A DNA stretch of 64,000 bases from Podarcis filfolensis (taxonomy: Eukaryota): assembly GCA_964270895.1 (NCBI GenBank), contig OZ185442.1, one strand, 5' to 3'. Within the stretch, counting starts at the first letter, position 1. Each line of letters opens with the position of its first letter. The notes below the pieces were generated by a model. That model ran no database searches, had not been told where the DNA came from, and worked only from the letters and a program-made list of their open reading frames with translations. The translations under genes were made by a program, and so were the position numbers. This document shows, one piece after another, positions 12,035 to 52,321 of the stretch.

Positions 12035-12335
12035 CAGGGCCAAATTTAGGTTTGATGACGCCCTTTAAATGTCCAGCTGTCCTTTGTCAACAACAAATTG
12101 TCACTGTTTTTTGTGTTGAATATATGCTATTTCGGGGCCCATTACTTACATCATAGGAGCCTACACAACACCAACACTGTTGCTGTATGCAGGTTTTATT
12201 TTATTTTATTTCTTTTTTATCTTATATTTTGGAAATGTACATCCAGGTTTTTTTTCCTTTAATTTTTTTGGGGGCCCCCAAGGGAGTGGGGCCCTAAGCT
12301 ATAGCTTGTTTAGCTTATAGCTAAATCCGGCACTG
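12035..12335. mobile_element. hAT-like MITE about 1.5 kb upstream of TUBB3
   Basis: Termini CAGGGCCAAATTTA/TAAATCCGGCACTG, the same family end as 11075, flanked by direct repeat GTGGGGG. Confidence 0.55.
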
Positions 12336-13578
12336 GTGGGGGAAGCTAGGAGAGCTTTGCCTCCGAAGGGACCCACCCGTTCTCCTGGCAAGGAGTTCCT
12401 GCTTTTTGCAGCCTGCTGTTCTTCCTGCTGCGGTTCTCGCCTGTCAGAGAGGGGGCAGCCTTTCCTCCCCCCCCCCCCCACTTAGGGAAGAGGTCAGCAG
12501 AGTCTCCCGCCACAGGCCTTTGTTCTCCCCCAGGAATTGCAACGACAACCCAGACACAAAGGAGGGCGTAGGGGGGAAATGACAGGAAACAGATCTGTGG
12601 GGCCCCTCCCCATCTCCCCACCCAGGAAAAGGGGGAGAGTAGGGAGAGGCAGCTTCCTGCCCGAGCTGGCTGAACAAAGGGGAGGCGGGCGGGGAGCCTC
12701 CTCGCTCTCTCCTCCTGCGCACCTGGGACCGCGAAGGGGCTTTTGTTCTGCCAACTTTCCCAACCACCACCCGCACCATCTCCCCCCACTTAGGCGATAC
12801 CCCATCGCCCGTAGCCCCCATAGCTCTCCGCCCTTGTTCCCGGTTGGATGGCCTTCAGTTGCCCCTTGCAAATTGCAAGCAGCCGAGGAAGAGAGACCCA
12901 CGACGAGGCCCCACCCAGCGGGCAGGGGCGGGCTGGGCACTGCTGAGTCAGGGGGGTTCGCTCAGCTGGCAGTTAGTCAGCAGCAGGAGAGCGCAGAAGC
13001 TGCGGGCAAAGAGTTGGCCAAGCGGCAAAAGGTTCGAAGGAAGCGCCCATCATCCGAGCCTCACTGGAAGGAAACACGCGTGTTCAAAACCGATTGTTAA
13101 AAGCACCCCAACGTCAGCAAAATACACAGAGCTTCAATGCAGGATGGCCCCTTGAAATATATATATATATATCTGTATTCAAAGGGCTGGGTGGGCGGGC
13201 GTGATATCAAGACAAGCGGAGAAGCCCCCAGTCACAAAGCAGAGCGCTACTGTCTGGCTGGGGAATAAGGAAAGAGGCGCGCCAAGGAAGGATGGTTTGG
13301 CGACCCCGTCCGAGGCCATCAAAGGCAAATGCAGGGCTGGGGCGAGGCTGAAACTTGAGACCTGATAACAAAGATGCCCCCCACCCAAGAGACATCCCAG
13401 GAAAGTGGCTCTTCCCCTCACGCACCCCGAGGTACCGCAGCGGCCGACGAAGGCAGGCCCCACCCGCCCACTCTGGGATGTGAATCTCCAAGTCGCTTCA
13501 GGCAACGGCCTGGGATGCCTCCTGCATCAGCCGCCTCCCCTGGGCCTTTTCTTTTGCACGGGCCTTTTCCTCAATGCC

Positions 13579-13794
13579 GGGGCGGGGCGGAGGGAGCGCG
13601 GGCCTTTCCCTGCCCCAGCCTGGCCGCCCGCTTTGTGCCAGGCAGCGCGGCTCTGGACGGCGCTGAGGGATGCGCTGCTGGTGCTGATGCTGCAGGGATG
13701 TTGCAGTATTTTGCGGCGGCGCCTCCTGATTGGCCGCGGCGCCGGCGCTGACGTCAGCGCCCCGGCCTGGGTGCAGCGGGAGGCGCCTATAAAA
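13579..13794 (+). promoter_or_regulatory. TUBB3 proximal promoter in a CpG island (about 12650-14500)
   Basis: GC boxes GGGGCGGGGCGG 13579-13590, inverted CCAAT 13729-13733, full CRE TGACGTCA 13749-13756, TATAAAA 13788-13794, 114 bp upstream of the ATG. Confidence 0.85.
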
Positions 13795-13907
13795 CCCGCC
13801 GGCAGCAGCCTGGACGCCTCCGCCAGCCGCTCCGCCAGCTGCAGCCGCCGCCCACCCACCCGCCTGCCTGCCCGCAGCCGCCCCCCCGTAGCACCAGCCG
13901 CACCAGC

Positions 13908-21529
<7,622 letters not shown>

Positions 21530-21873
21530 AGGGCTGGGGCCACAGGCAGCGCTTGGGTTCCTCCCAGTGAGAGCCAAGCAGTGACATGGGCCTGTCGTTC
21601 ATCGCCGTCCATCTTTGCTACTCATTTGCTGAGTTGTAGACAACCAGCTTCTAGTTGCTTCTGATTCAAGGGTTCCAAAACTTAAAAGCTGTTCAGTATT
21701 TAACCCCCTTCCTCCTCCTCCTCCTCTCCCCCCCTCCGCCCTATATTCCCTCTCCTTTGCCCCCAAGTCTTATAAGTTAGTGCAGCTCCCTCTGTCCATG
21801 ACTTTGATAACTTCAAGGGCCCTGGTCTTTATTTTTTACTGGTCTGTGTCTATTTTTATGTTTTGGAATACTT

Positions 21874-21879
21874 AATAAA
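21874..21879 (+). terminator. TUBB3 polyadenylation signal AATAAA
   Basis: 345 nt after the stop, in the context CTTAATAAATCTATTGCTGTC, preceded by a U-rich tract. Confidence 0.8.
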
Positions 21880-22343
21880 TCTATTGCTGTCCAGCATCTT
21901 GGGTGTCCCCTTTCTCTCATTTGGGATAGGGGAGCATGTTTGTGAAGTGGGGAGGGGTTGGAGTGCTGGGTAAAGGAACTGAATGAATGTTGTGGTGTGG
22001 CACAACCACTCCCTTGGAGAGTGTTGGTGTGTGTCTGTCTAGTGCAGCCTTCCACAAGCTGGTGTCTTCCTGGTGCTTTGGACTACACCTTCCCTCAGCC
22101 CCAGCTAGCACAGTCACGGGTCAGGGGTGATGTGGGTTGGAATCCAAAACATCTAGAGGGCACCAGATTGAAGAACACTGGACTAGAAGGCAAACACCAG
22201 CTGGAAGTCAATCAAACACAGTGTTGCTTGGCAGCTGAGGGCAAGCATCAAGGTCCAGGCTTGGCTTTTGAACTATACACCTTGCAGTGTTTCCAACCAG
22301 AGAAATTCAGCAATTGCACTTGGGGTGGTCACTTTAAACATAC

Positions 22344-22344
<1 letters not shown>

Positions 22345-22386
<42 letters not shown>
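22345..22386 (+). repeat. (CAA)14 microsatellite
   Basis: Perfect 14 units read directly. Confidence 0.95.
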
Positions 22387-23307
22387 CTTTTGACACTTTC
22401 ATGCAGGCCAATCAGTGGTTACTAATGAAAACAGCTTCATATTCAAAGAGGGGTGCACTTTGGGATAGAAATTCAGGCCTCCCCTCTTATCAGCAGAATG
22501 AGTGGGAGGTCCCCTACATGCAATGGAATGGCCTTGCCATAATTGGAAAGTAAGTAACACATTCCTCTATGAGCAGGAGGGCCATGAAGTCCAGCATCTA
22601 AAATGATTTAACACCACTGCTATGCTTAGAACAGTTGCCTCCCAGATCCTGGGGTCAAGCTGGGAGGAGCTATGAAATGGCCACTGCTGCAGGAGGTAGC
22701 TGCGCATCTGGCTCTGCTTAAGAACTGATTTACTCACAGGGCTGGCTTCAGCACATGGTGAGCCTTTGGCCAAGAACCCCCCTCTCACCTGAATGTGCTT
22801 ATATAGGCCATAAGTTGTGCCACAGGATTTGTGGGACTGGGTCAAGAGAGAGACAATGTGCAGCTTCCCACTTGGGTGGCAGATGGTTAGGAATGAGCAC
22901 TTGCCTGCGGGTGTTGTGACACTGGTGTGACTCCTCTCAATGGGCCCCTCAGTTAGCTGAGCCTCAAGAAATGCCTAGTGAGAAGGCTGGCTCTTGGCAG
23001 CAGCTGTGATCTGCGGGGCGAATCCTAAAGTGAGGATTGGCTCAGTGATGTGTGCAGCACACCAGATGTCTTCAGGGTGGTGGAACAGCCTATTCTAACA
23101 CTTCACCTACATGGCTGATGGGCATGACACCTGGCAGAATGCAGACCTTACCCCAAAAATAGTAAGATAGTTTTGCACTGGAAAGAACACACTCCTGCCT
23201 CTAATGACAACTGCTAAGATTCAAATGTTTGCTACAACAGTGGACCACCTATGTAACTTACCACAGAATAACCTGAAGCTATGATCACTCTTGGAATCCA
23301 GTTGAAC

Positions 23308-23420
23308 CAGCCTTCACCAACCTGGTGGTCTCCAGACATTGTTGGATTACAACTCCCATAGCGCTGATGGGAGCTTTAGTCCAACGACATCTGGAGACCA
23401 CCAGGTTGAAGACTCTAGGA
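23308..23420. mobile_element. Palindromic hairpin MITE. Related copies near 22048-22180, 28520-28740, 31255-31420, 31930-32050, 61625-61760
   Basis: Inverted arms AACCTGGTGGTCTCCAGA...CTCCCAT / ATGGGAG...TCTGGAGACCACCAGGTT. Confidence 0.7.
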
Positions 23421-23756
23421 TAGCAGTTCATCTTTTCTACCTTACTACTGTATGGTCCTGCTGCTGCAGACTATGGCAGTCTTTCTGGAAGTTCCTTCTG
23501 AGCAGTGTCCTGCAGGATGGCCCTCAGCAGCACCATATCAAAGATGCCTCCTGGGACCCACCCAACATTGCTGAGGTCCAATGGTGTATTCTGCACCCTT
23601 TAACCTGCCACACTGGCATTTTCAGGAAGGTGCCTTATTCTGAGTCATTCTGCCATCTAGCTCAGCACTGTAGACTCTACAGCTCCCAAGGTTTTCAGAC
23701 GCAAGGGGTTTATTTCCTGCCAGACACCAAGATGCTTCTGATTGAACCTCAGGCTG

Positions 23757-24366
23757 TGTGATGGCCTGGGACTTGGAGCCAGAGCCAGAGGAGTCTCAGT
23801 TCACACCAGATCCTTTGCCTCAGGTGGCATCTGAACCAAGTCTGGGGCCTGATTCTGAAGAGCCCCAGTCTGCACAGGTTCCCCTGCAACAAGCACCAGC
23901 TGGGCTGAGTCAGGGGCCTGAGCCTGCCCTGGCTCCAGATGCAGGGATTACCTCATTGCCTTCAGCTGCGCAATCACTTACAGCTGCTCCACTACCAGTT
24001 GGGTCAGGAGAGGCTGAGGCGGCCTCTGGATCTAGTAACCCATCGACATCTCTCAAGCTGCAGAGGCTGAGGTCTGAGAGAAGGAGAGACCTGAGTACTC
24101 ACAGGAGGAGTGCGCACCTTTGGGCAAGACAGGGAGGTGAGTCACTGGGGGATCAGGACCCCGACAGAGATAAAAGGCTGCTGGACCCCGCCCCAGGTTG
24201 AGGGAGCAACGTTGCTGTTTGCCAGAACCTGCCTGTGATCCTGTGCCTTGCCTGGTTTCCTGCCTCGTGTCCTGCCTTGGCCCTGTCAAACTGACTCCTC
24301 GCGGAACCCTTGGATTTGGGACCAGACCTGGACCGCGTTACTTGGCTTACTCCTGGGCCTAGCACA
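23757..24366 (+). mobile_element. Solo LTR (610 bp), Gypsy/ERV-like, inserted into a Squam2-like SINE
   Basis: TG...CA termini with exact 5-bp TSD GGCTG (23752-23756 and 24367-24371). SINE sequence continues on both sides. TATA-like GATAAAAGG near 24169. Confidence 0.7.
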
Positions 24367-25299
24367 GGCTGCCTGCCTGCAAAACATATGCTCTACCACT
24401 AAGTTTATGACACTTCCCCAGGGAACACAAGAAGCCACCATATACTGAGTCAGGATATTGATCCATCTAGCTCAATATTGCTTACACTGATTCACAGCTC
24501 TCTGGGATTTCAGGCAGGAATCTCTCTCCCATACCTGGAGACACCAGGGATTGAACCTGTTACCTTCCTCATGCATGGAGATTTTAGCCCCAACTCGAAA
24601 TGTAAAGGGGAACTTTCTACCTACAACTTTGGGTTATTTTTCTATACATATATAATTTGTGTATTATAAATGCACTGCAACAGGATGGGCTTATATAGTG
24701 AAATCTTACTACTTAACATGAATAGAAACAAAAGAAAGCAAAATGAGAAACCCTTTCTCAAAGCCATAAAAGATATCTGACGTAACCACAAGTGCCCCCA
24801 CAGCTATGTAAGCTGTTCACCAATGTAACGACGGCCTGGTAGGCTGGCTTTTGAGCAGAGAGAGTGACATGTTCCCTGCCCTTTACCGGTCGCAAGAAGC
24901 ACCAGGACCTTTCAGGAGCCTCGGCTTGTTTCTTGGCATTTGCACCCTGCCTTTTGTGGGCCCTGCCTGGCGTGGACCACCTTCGGGGTTTGCCGGGGGG
25001 TCATGCTCCAGCCACAAAGACCATCCCATCCTCCTTTCTCCTTGTCCTTGCATATCCTTGGGAAGGGCTCTCTCGGGCCTCTCTAGCGAGACAGACACAG
25101 ACTCCCTACACATCTAGAACTTTTATTCACTCCCTTTTTTCAGGACCTCTCAAGAAAAGTCAGAAGGGATCCCATCGTGCAAATCAATTAAATGAAATGG
25201 GGCGGTGGCCGCGGACAAGGGCTCCCAGTACTTCTGCCCTGATGTTTTTACATTAGTCAAAGACTGTCCGTAGTCGAGGTCTTGTTTGAGGGAGGACTG

Positions 25300-26400
25300 A
25301 CAGCTGTCTTTGCTCAGGGCTTGCGCGGTCTGCACTGCAGGGAAGCGGGCTGCTCCGAGCCAGGATGCCGAGCCCCCTTCCCTCTGCGAAGCGTATCTCC
25401 TTTTCAATTTACAAGGGCTTGTCTCGGGCCCTGCAAAGGGACCCGCAGGCCTTTCTGCAGCGGCGCCCCCTCCCGGGCCTTGGAGGCGCCGCCGTGCCGC
25501 GGCTCCTCCATGCCGCGCGGGGGCAGCAGCGGGCAGGTCCGCTCGGGCCTGTTTAGGCGGCGCTCGTCGCTGGCCAAGGCTTGGCTGGGGGCGCCCCGCC
25601 GAGTTGCCATGTAGCGAGCCGAAGAAACGGCGCGTCCGGGCCGGGCAGAGGCGCGGGCAGCCGGGCCGGGCCAGGCCGCATCCCCCCCACCCACCCCCAT
25701 GGGCGCGCAGGTAAGGGCCGCGGAGCGCAGGGGGCTCTTCCGGGCTTCTCCCCCTCGGGAAAGGGGGTCCCTGGGGTCGCGGAGTGGGGGGTGTTAGGTG
25801 CTCCCCTCTCTCGCTGCGCCCCTCGCCGTCGCCTCGGGTCTCCGGGGAGCCTCGGTTTCCCCGTCTGCCAACCTTTCAGGTCGATTGAGGCGGGGTAGGA
25901 AGCGGCTCGGGGTTGCTTGAGGACGCGGCTCCCCACCCCCACCCTCGAAAGTGGGAGAAAAAAGCCCTGCACCTCCTTCCCCTCCCGCGCCTCGAGCTCT
26001 GGCTCTACTGCTCCCCACGCAGGACCCTCTTCCCTCCTTCGACCCGGCAAGAGACTTCGCCGCCCGGTGGGACACAGCAGGTCTTGAGCGTGCAGCCTGG
26101 CTCACTTGCTGAAGCCCTCTGGCTTCGCTCCTGGTCGTGCCCTCCCTCTGGGACCGCCCTTCGCGCCTCTCTCTCTCTCTCCCCCCCCCATAATAATAAT
26201 TCAGTTATGGGCCCCTTCTGATCTAGAGATCCCCTCCCAGGGATCTCTGCGTTTGTTTTCGTTGTTTTCACCCGCCCGAGGCCTCTCGCAGCCTCTTCCA
26301 AAAAAGCACGAATCTGAAAGGCAAAGCCTGTGAAAACCCGTTTCGAAACGTACGCCAAACGAAAGAGAAAGGACGTGGAAGGCCATTTAGGGCTGAAAAA
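25300..26400 (+). promoter_or_regulatory. DEF8 CpG-island promoter and 5' exon ending at donor CAG|GTAAGG (25710/25711)
   Basis: High CpG density and a strong 5' splice site. The next acceptor leading into DEF8 coding sequence is at 29147/29148. Confidence 0.7.
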
Positions 26401-28981
26401 CCTCAATCTCCCTGCCTTGAAAGTGTGGCTTAATATCCAGATACACTCTGGTCGCGGGTGACAGGAGGGGGTGGCCTTTGGGGCTCCTCTCTTGGCTCTG
26501 CAGTTCCCCATTTCTGCTCCCCTGATTCTCACAGAGGAGCCCCAAGACACTCAGTTCTCTGCACTTCCACAGTTGCCTCTCTGCCTTCTGCATCTGTTCT
26601 TTCATGCTGCTTTGGGTGCCTGGAAATGCCCTCTGTGCCAGCTTTTGCTGCTGCACCAAGTGTGCATGTGTGCATGTGGTGAGCACCTTGGACACTAACA
26701 GCCTCATGTGATCGGTAGGTGCAGAATGTGGGACAAAGGATGCTTTCTAAGCTGTGGTAATGGGTTTGCTGGTACACTGGCCTTGCCATCTGATTATTTA
26801 CAGAAAAGTAGGCTAAGACAAGAGCCCACCAGTTGCTTTGGCAGGAGCATCTGCTCAGTGGTTAGAGCATCTGCTTTGCATGCAGAAGACCCCAGGTCCA
26901 ATCCCTGATGGTATCTCTAGGGAGGGATGCAAAAGGCTCCTTAATCTGAGCCCTTGGATAGCAGCTGCCAGTCAGTGTAGACAGTACTGAGCCATATGTA
27001 CCAATTGTCTTACTCCTTTGTATATTCCTATAAGCGTGCAACCAACAGTGCCATACCAGGTGTTTTGCACTACAATTTTCATTAGCCTCAGTGAGCACTG
27101 CTGTTGCGGGCATCTGGAGGGCACCAAGTTGATGAAGGCTGGTTTAATGTGTTCTTCAAAGTATAATGTTATATGTAGCACAAACTGAGGTGTTTCATCA
27201 GGTTTACTCATTTTTCAAAAAGAAAAAGATTTTAAAGTCAGCCAGATTTTTTCCCCTGCTGCTTATATTTTATTTTGTTTATTTCACTATTTGTAGATTG
27301 CCTTTCAGGCTGTTCACATCATATTAAAGACACAAAATTATACAACCCTGAGGTTGTAAATGTTAAATTCTATACACCTAGAAAACTAAAATAGCAGCAT
27401 CTAAAAAAACAACACAAACAACCAGCAGAATAAAGCTGAGCTGGAAGCAGGAGGTTTTTCTTTTTTAAAAAAATGCCTTAGAACAAAGCAAACATCACTT
27501 TTCTAAAGTGATGTGGACAACCTTAGAGCTCAATTATCAATGTCTTCATGATGAAAAAAAGGCTTCTTGGATTCTATTTGAGTTGTTTCCGGTGGTTAGT
27601 AAAGGGAAGGTGCTAATAGCCCAACAAAGTGAAGATGATGTCATTTTAAAGGTTCCTTAGAGCATGAGACAGAAGGGAAGAGCAGTTAATGGAAGGTTCT
27701 CATATATGCACTTAAATCTCAGTAGGGAAGTTGGAACAGAATGGTAAAAAGGGATTTGTACAATAACATGCTTGGAAATCTGTATTTCTTTGATAATAGT
27801 TATCCTAATAATGATAATAATTTTTGTATGGTTGTCACCCCACCAACTGATTCCTTGCCATCAAGGGACAATGAGACAAGGCTGATTGATGTCATGCTGG
27901 TTTCAAATTCATTTAGCTGGCTTTCTTACTAGCCCTTCTCTGAGGGTCCCTAGATAACCATCAGTGGTCATGTGATGTTATGGACAACTCCATTGTTGGA
28001 GGCTCCAATTCCCAAAGAGGAAGGCTAAGCATGGTTACATATAAAAAGTAGTCTCTCAAGCAAGTGTGGTTGTATGCATCATATGGTGGTCTTGGCCATG
28101 TGAACTACTCTTCGTCAACAGTGTTAGAAACTGGGATAGAAAACTTAGGAGCCAAATGGCTCCTGGGTTGTGGGCACTTTTAATTTATTATTTTGATAAG
28201 CATGAACTAATATGCAATTCTCATAAGTGACACATTGTTAATATAACATTTTAGCAGAAATTGTTAATATATGTTTAATTTGGGGTTTACAATAAAAATA
28301 TTGGTACCGTACTTCAGTTTTCAAAATATTCTACCCTTTATTGTTAAACTCCTTAACATATTGTCTATCCTTAACATATACTTCAAGGCTTCAAAGCACA
28401 TACATTTCTGTAATCCTTGAGTGTCAGCCAGGCACAAAAAATGGCACCCAGACTTTTTGAGGTGCTTGCAAATGGGGAATCTTTAGGTGCAAAATGCGCC
28501 TGGTGCCCTGCTAATTTTAGACCCTGTTCCTCAACCTGGTGGCCTCTGGGTGTTTTGGATTACAACTACCATCAGTCCCAGCCAGCACAGCACAAAGGAT
28601 TGTATTCAGCTAAGTCCTACTCAGAGTACACCCATTATAATTGGTGGTCATGTCCATTAACTTTGAGGGGCCTACTGTGAGTAAGAGTGGTAGCAAATAT
28701 GACCACAGATGTCTGAAGGGCACCAGGTTGGGGAAGTTTGATATAGACTCAAAGTGGCCAAAGTTTGCCTAGCTGTGCTGTCCACTGGAGTTCTTGGGGA
28801 TTCCAGGAAGGAACTGGCAGTGACATCATTGTGCAGGAAGGGATGACACCTGACTGATGCACAGGAGCTGCCCGGCTGGATGCCTGCATGACTCTGCACA
28901 GTTATTGTGTAGCCATCAAAGGCTGCAGAACTGGCTTTACTACCATCTGGGGGACAAACAAGCCTGAGAAGGTGCCTATGA

Positions 28982-36681
<7,700 letters not shown>

Positions 36682-37481
36682 AGGTGCCTTTCCTTGGCTG
36701 GAGGGAGATGTCACAAAGGAACATGGCAAGCCCAGGATGCTGGGTTTCACCTGTACTTGCCTGGGAGGAGATCAACCCAGATTGGCAAGGAGGAGAACCT
36801 TCACAGGAGTGCAGCTGGGAATTGCTTCTCTAAAGGTTCCGGGAAATGATGCTGCAGGACAAGTGTCCTAGACTCTCTCTCACTAGAAGAGCCTTTGAGA
36901 CTGCTCAGCACATCAAACGTTGCAGACTCTCCCTACCTGAAATCATGAGACTGGGTTCAAGAGAGCACAGTCCTCACAGGACACAGGGTTTTGGGTGTGA
37001 GGAGGACAAGCTTTTGGGCCAGGGTTTATTCATGGCAGATCCTGCTAGGCTGAAAAACATTGGAGAAAGGGCCAACTGACTGTGATGCGAAACATTTGCT
37101 AGCAGCTTTCCTCAGCTGTTGCTTATTAACGCCACCGCTCTATGCTGGCACATGACATTGAGAGTGCCCCTGTGGCTTCCGTTTTGACAGTGATACATCA
37201 GCATGGAAGATGATCCGAGGCAGGTGGGCTTAGGGATGATATGATATCTAGAATTCATTCCCTCTAACTTAGATGCATAAAGTATCTGTGCTGGAGATCG
37301 GGTATGTGGGAGAGAAGAGAAGATGCCCTTTTCTTCTTCACCATCCCCATGGCTTTTGGTGATGGCAACACAAGGACTGGATGGATGATGAACTTGGAAC
37401 AGGCCCCAACAGCCAGTGAGAAGAGACTGGAGTGGGGCACTTCAACCACAGTAATTTATCACGAGCACTAAAATCACTTTA

Positions 37482-37487
37482 AATAAA
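37482..37487 (+). terminator. Candidate DEF8 polyadenylation signal AATAAA
   Basis: 800 nt after the stop, followed by GU/U-rich sequence. Confidence 0.6.
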
Positions 37488-39000
37488 GCCGTGTGAAACT
37501 CTGGCTGCGTTACTATGATTTTAAGTTCTGCCTGCACAGACCTTGTCTTCTGCAAATATGTTACCTTCCTTTTCCTCTCCTGGAAGGCTTCAATGTTGCA
37601 TCCTCTGGAGATATTCAAGACAGTTTGTGGCCAAACATAACGTGAGGGCAGATAGCTAGTGCTATTACTTATTAAGATAAATTAACTTGAGATCACATGT
37701 CCAAGTAACAGAGACCATGTTGTAAAATGTGATGCATATGTGGTAGTTATCTGCTTTTCATTCTTGGGGTGCCCTTAGCCCCTTTGTCTCTATCTGAACT
37801 AAGGAGCTTCAGGTGCAAGGAAGTTGCAAATACAACGGGTTCATCTTTGGTATGTGTGCAGCTCAGTAACTTGCAACTGAGCCTGTAAATTGTGTTAACT
37901 GTAACATGATTTTATTCAGTGGTCTGAAAGCTCCAAGTGATCTGTTATAGTTGTTTCATAAATGTAAGTCCATAGCTGGTAAGTAGGCGTGTGCAAGTTC
38001 AGATGGATTGTAGAGGGATGTGGGAAGAGGAAACATGGGTTTCAACTTCTATCAGCTGGTTGAACAGAGAGTTATTTTAACATCACAAAGCTGCTATTAT
38101 CCTAGGCTCAGCCAAGCAGGTACCACAATAGTCCTGCTCCCTTTGGCTTGATACCACAACACAGTGTTACCAAAAAAGCTTTCCTTGCCCTACCACAACC
38201 TATTGGGCATACTAGGACAGAAGGGACGAGGTACATATGAGATTTAGCAGCCAGGTAAGAACCAAAGAGTCCTGCTCTCAACTGACAAAATGGCTAGCTA
38301 GACTATCATATAGTTTCTCACAGTAACTAACTCCATGCTTCTTGAAAGCCCACAAGCAGGAAATAAGCACAAGAGCACTCTCCCTACTTGTGCTCCCCAG
38401 CAACTGGTGTTCAGAGGCTGAGCACTTCCAGTATTGGGCTAGCCCCCAGGCATAATGGTTGGTGGCCACTGGTAGCCTTATTCTCCATCAATTTGTCTAA
38501 TCTGCTTTCAAAGCCATCTTGGTTGGTGGCCATTGCTACCATCTTGTGCTAGCAGATTCTATAGCATTAAAATACACTGAATTGCGAAGAGAGAGAGCTT
38601 TTGTAACATGAGGCAGAAGATCTTAATTCTATATATCTCTGAGAAAGTCCTATGCACTGGATTCCTAGTTCATAGCATTCTTGACACAACCTCCCTCATA
38701 TTCTGGGGGTTGTACCATCTCTGGCTGACAATGTGAGGGTAAAATGTGGGTGCTGCTGTATCTCCAGTTGATACAGGAAAAAGAAGATGGAAAGACATAC
38801 TGGACTGAGAAGCCAAGCAGGGGGATTCCTGAGCAAGGGCTGATGGTTAGGGAATGCTTGTTATGCCTTGGATATTTTCTGTTTCAAGGCTGGCCCTGGA
38901 CCATTTGAATTAATGAAAAAAATCTGTCTCTGCATAGCTGCAGAGTAAATTTCCCTGAATACTGAGTAGTCATAATTAGAAAGGTTGCCACTTCAGATCT

Positions 39001-39150
39001 TCAGGTATCTGAAGAAGTGTGCATGCACACGAAAGCTCATACCAAGAACAAACTTAGTTGGTCTCTAAGGTGCTACTGGACATTTTAAAATATATTTTTT
39101 ATATATTTCTACTACGTCAGACCAACACGGATACCTACCTGAATCCACAT
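39001..39150. mobile_element. Penelope-like element terminal fragment
   Basis: CTGAAGAAGTGTGCATGCACACGAAAGCTCATACC...TTGGTCTCTAAGGTGCTACTGGA matches recalled reptile Penelope-like ends. Confidence 0.55.
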
Positions 39151-39299
39151 CTGCATAAATAGGTTTGGGGTGGGGAGATGTACTCCTCACCCCAGTAAAA
39201 TGCCTCAAGTAATTTGCATTTCACGTGTACTAAAGCCATTATTTCGCCTTTCATCCGATGGGCTCTGACAACATTTTCTGGGATACGCGGCCAAATTCA

Positions 39300-39475
39300 A
39301 TCCCGGAACTACATGTCGCCTCATCAGGGTGCTGCAGCCTGTTTTCCTGGTTACACAAGTTACACATACCTCCTATACGGTAGTGAGAAACGAGAACTAT
39401 AGCGCCTGCGCAGTGCAAGCCCGTAAGATAAACAAAGAGCGCATGCGCTTAGGGAGCCTGAGTGATAGGACAATA
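39300..39475 (+). promoter_or_regulatory. AFG3L1 TATA-less CpG promoter with NRF1-type sites
   Basis: GCGCCTGCGCA 39402-39412, GCGCATGCGC 39439-39448, and ACTACA (partial ZNF143-associated motif) 39308-39313. Confidence 0.7.

Positions 39476-52321
<12,846 letters not shown>

Noticed and set aside
21958-22425. 155-aa ORF with polyglutamine
   Set aside because: It runs through a hairpin MITE and the (CAA)14 microsatellite downstream of the TUBB3 poly(A) site.
26841-26905. tRNA-like A/B boxes (also at 3780-3846, 9897 and 41082)
   Set aside because: They are heads of tRNA-derived SINEs continuing into SINE bodies; no intact cloverleaf.
36682-39475. CENPBD1 orthologue expected from human synteny
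   Set aside because: No long or transposase-like ORF in the interval.
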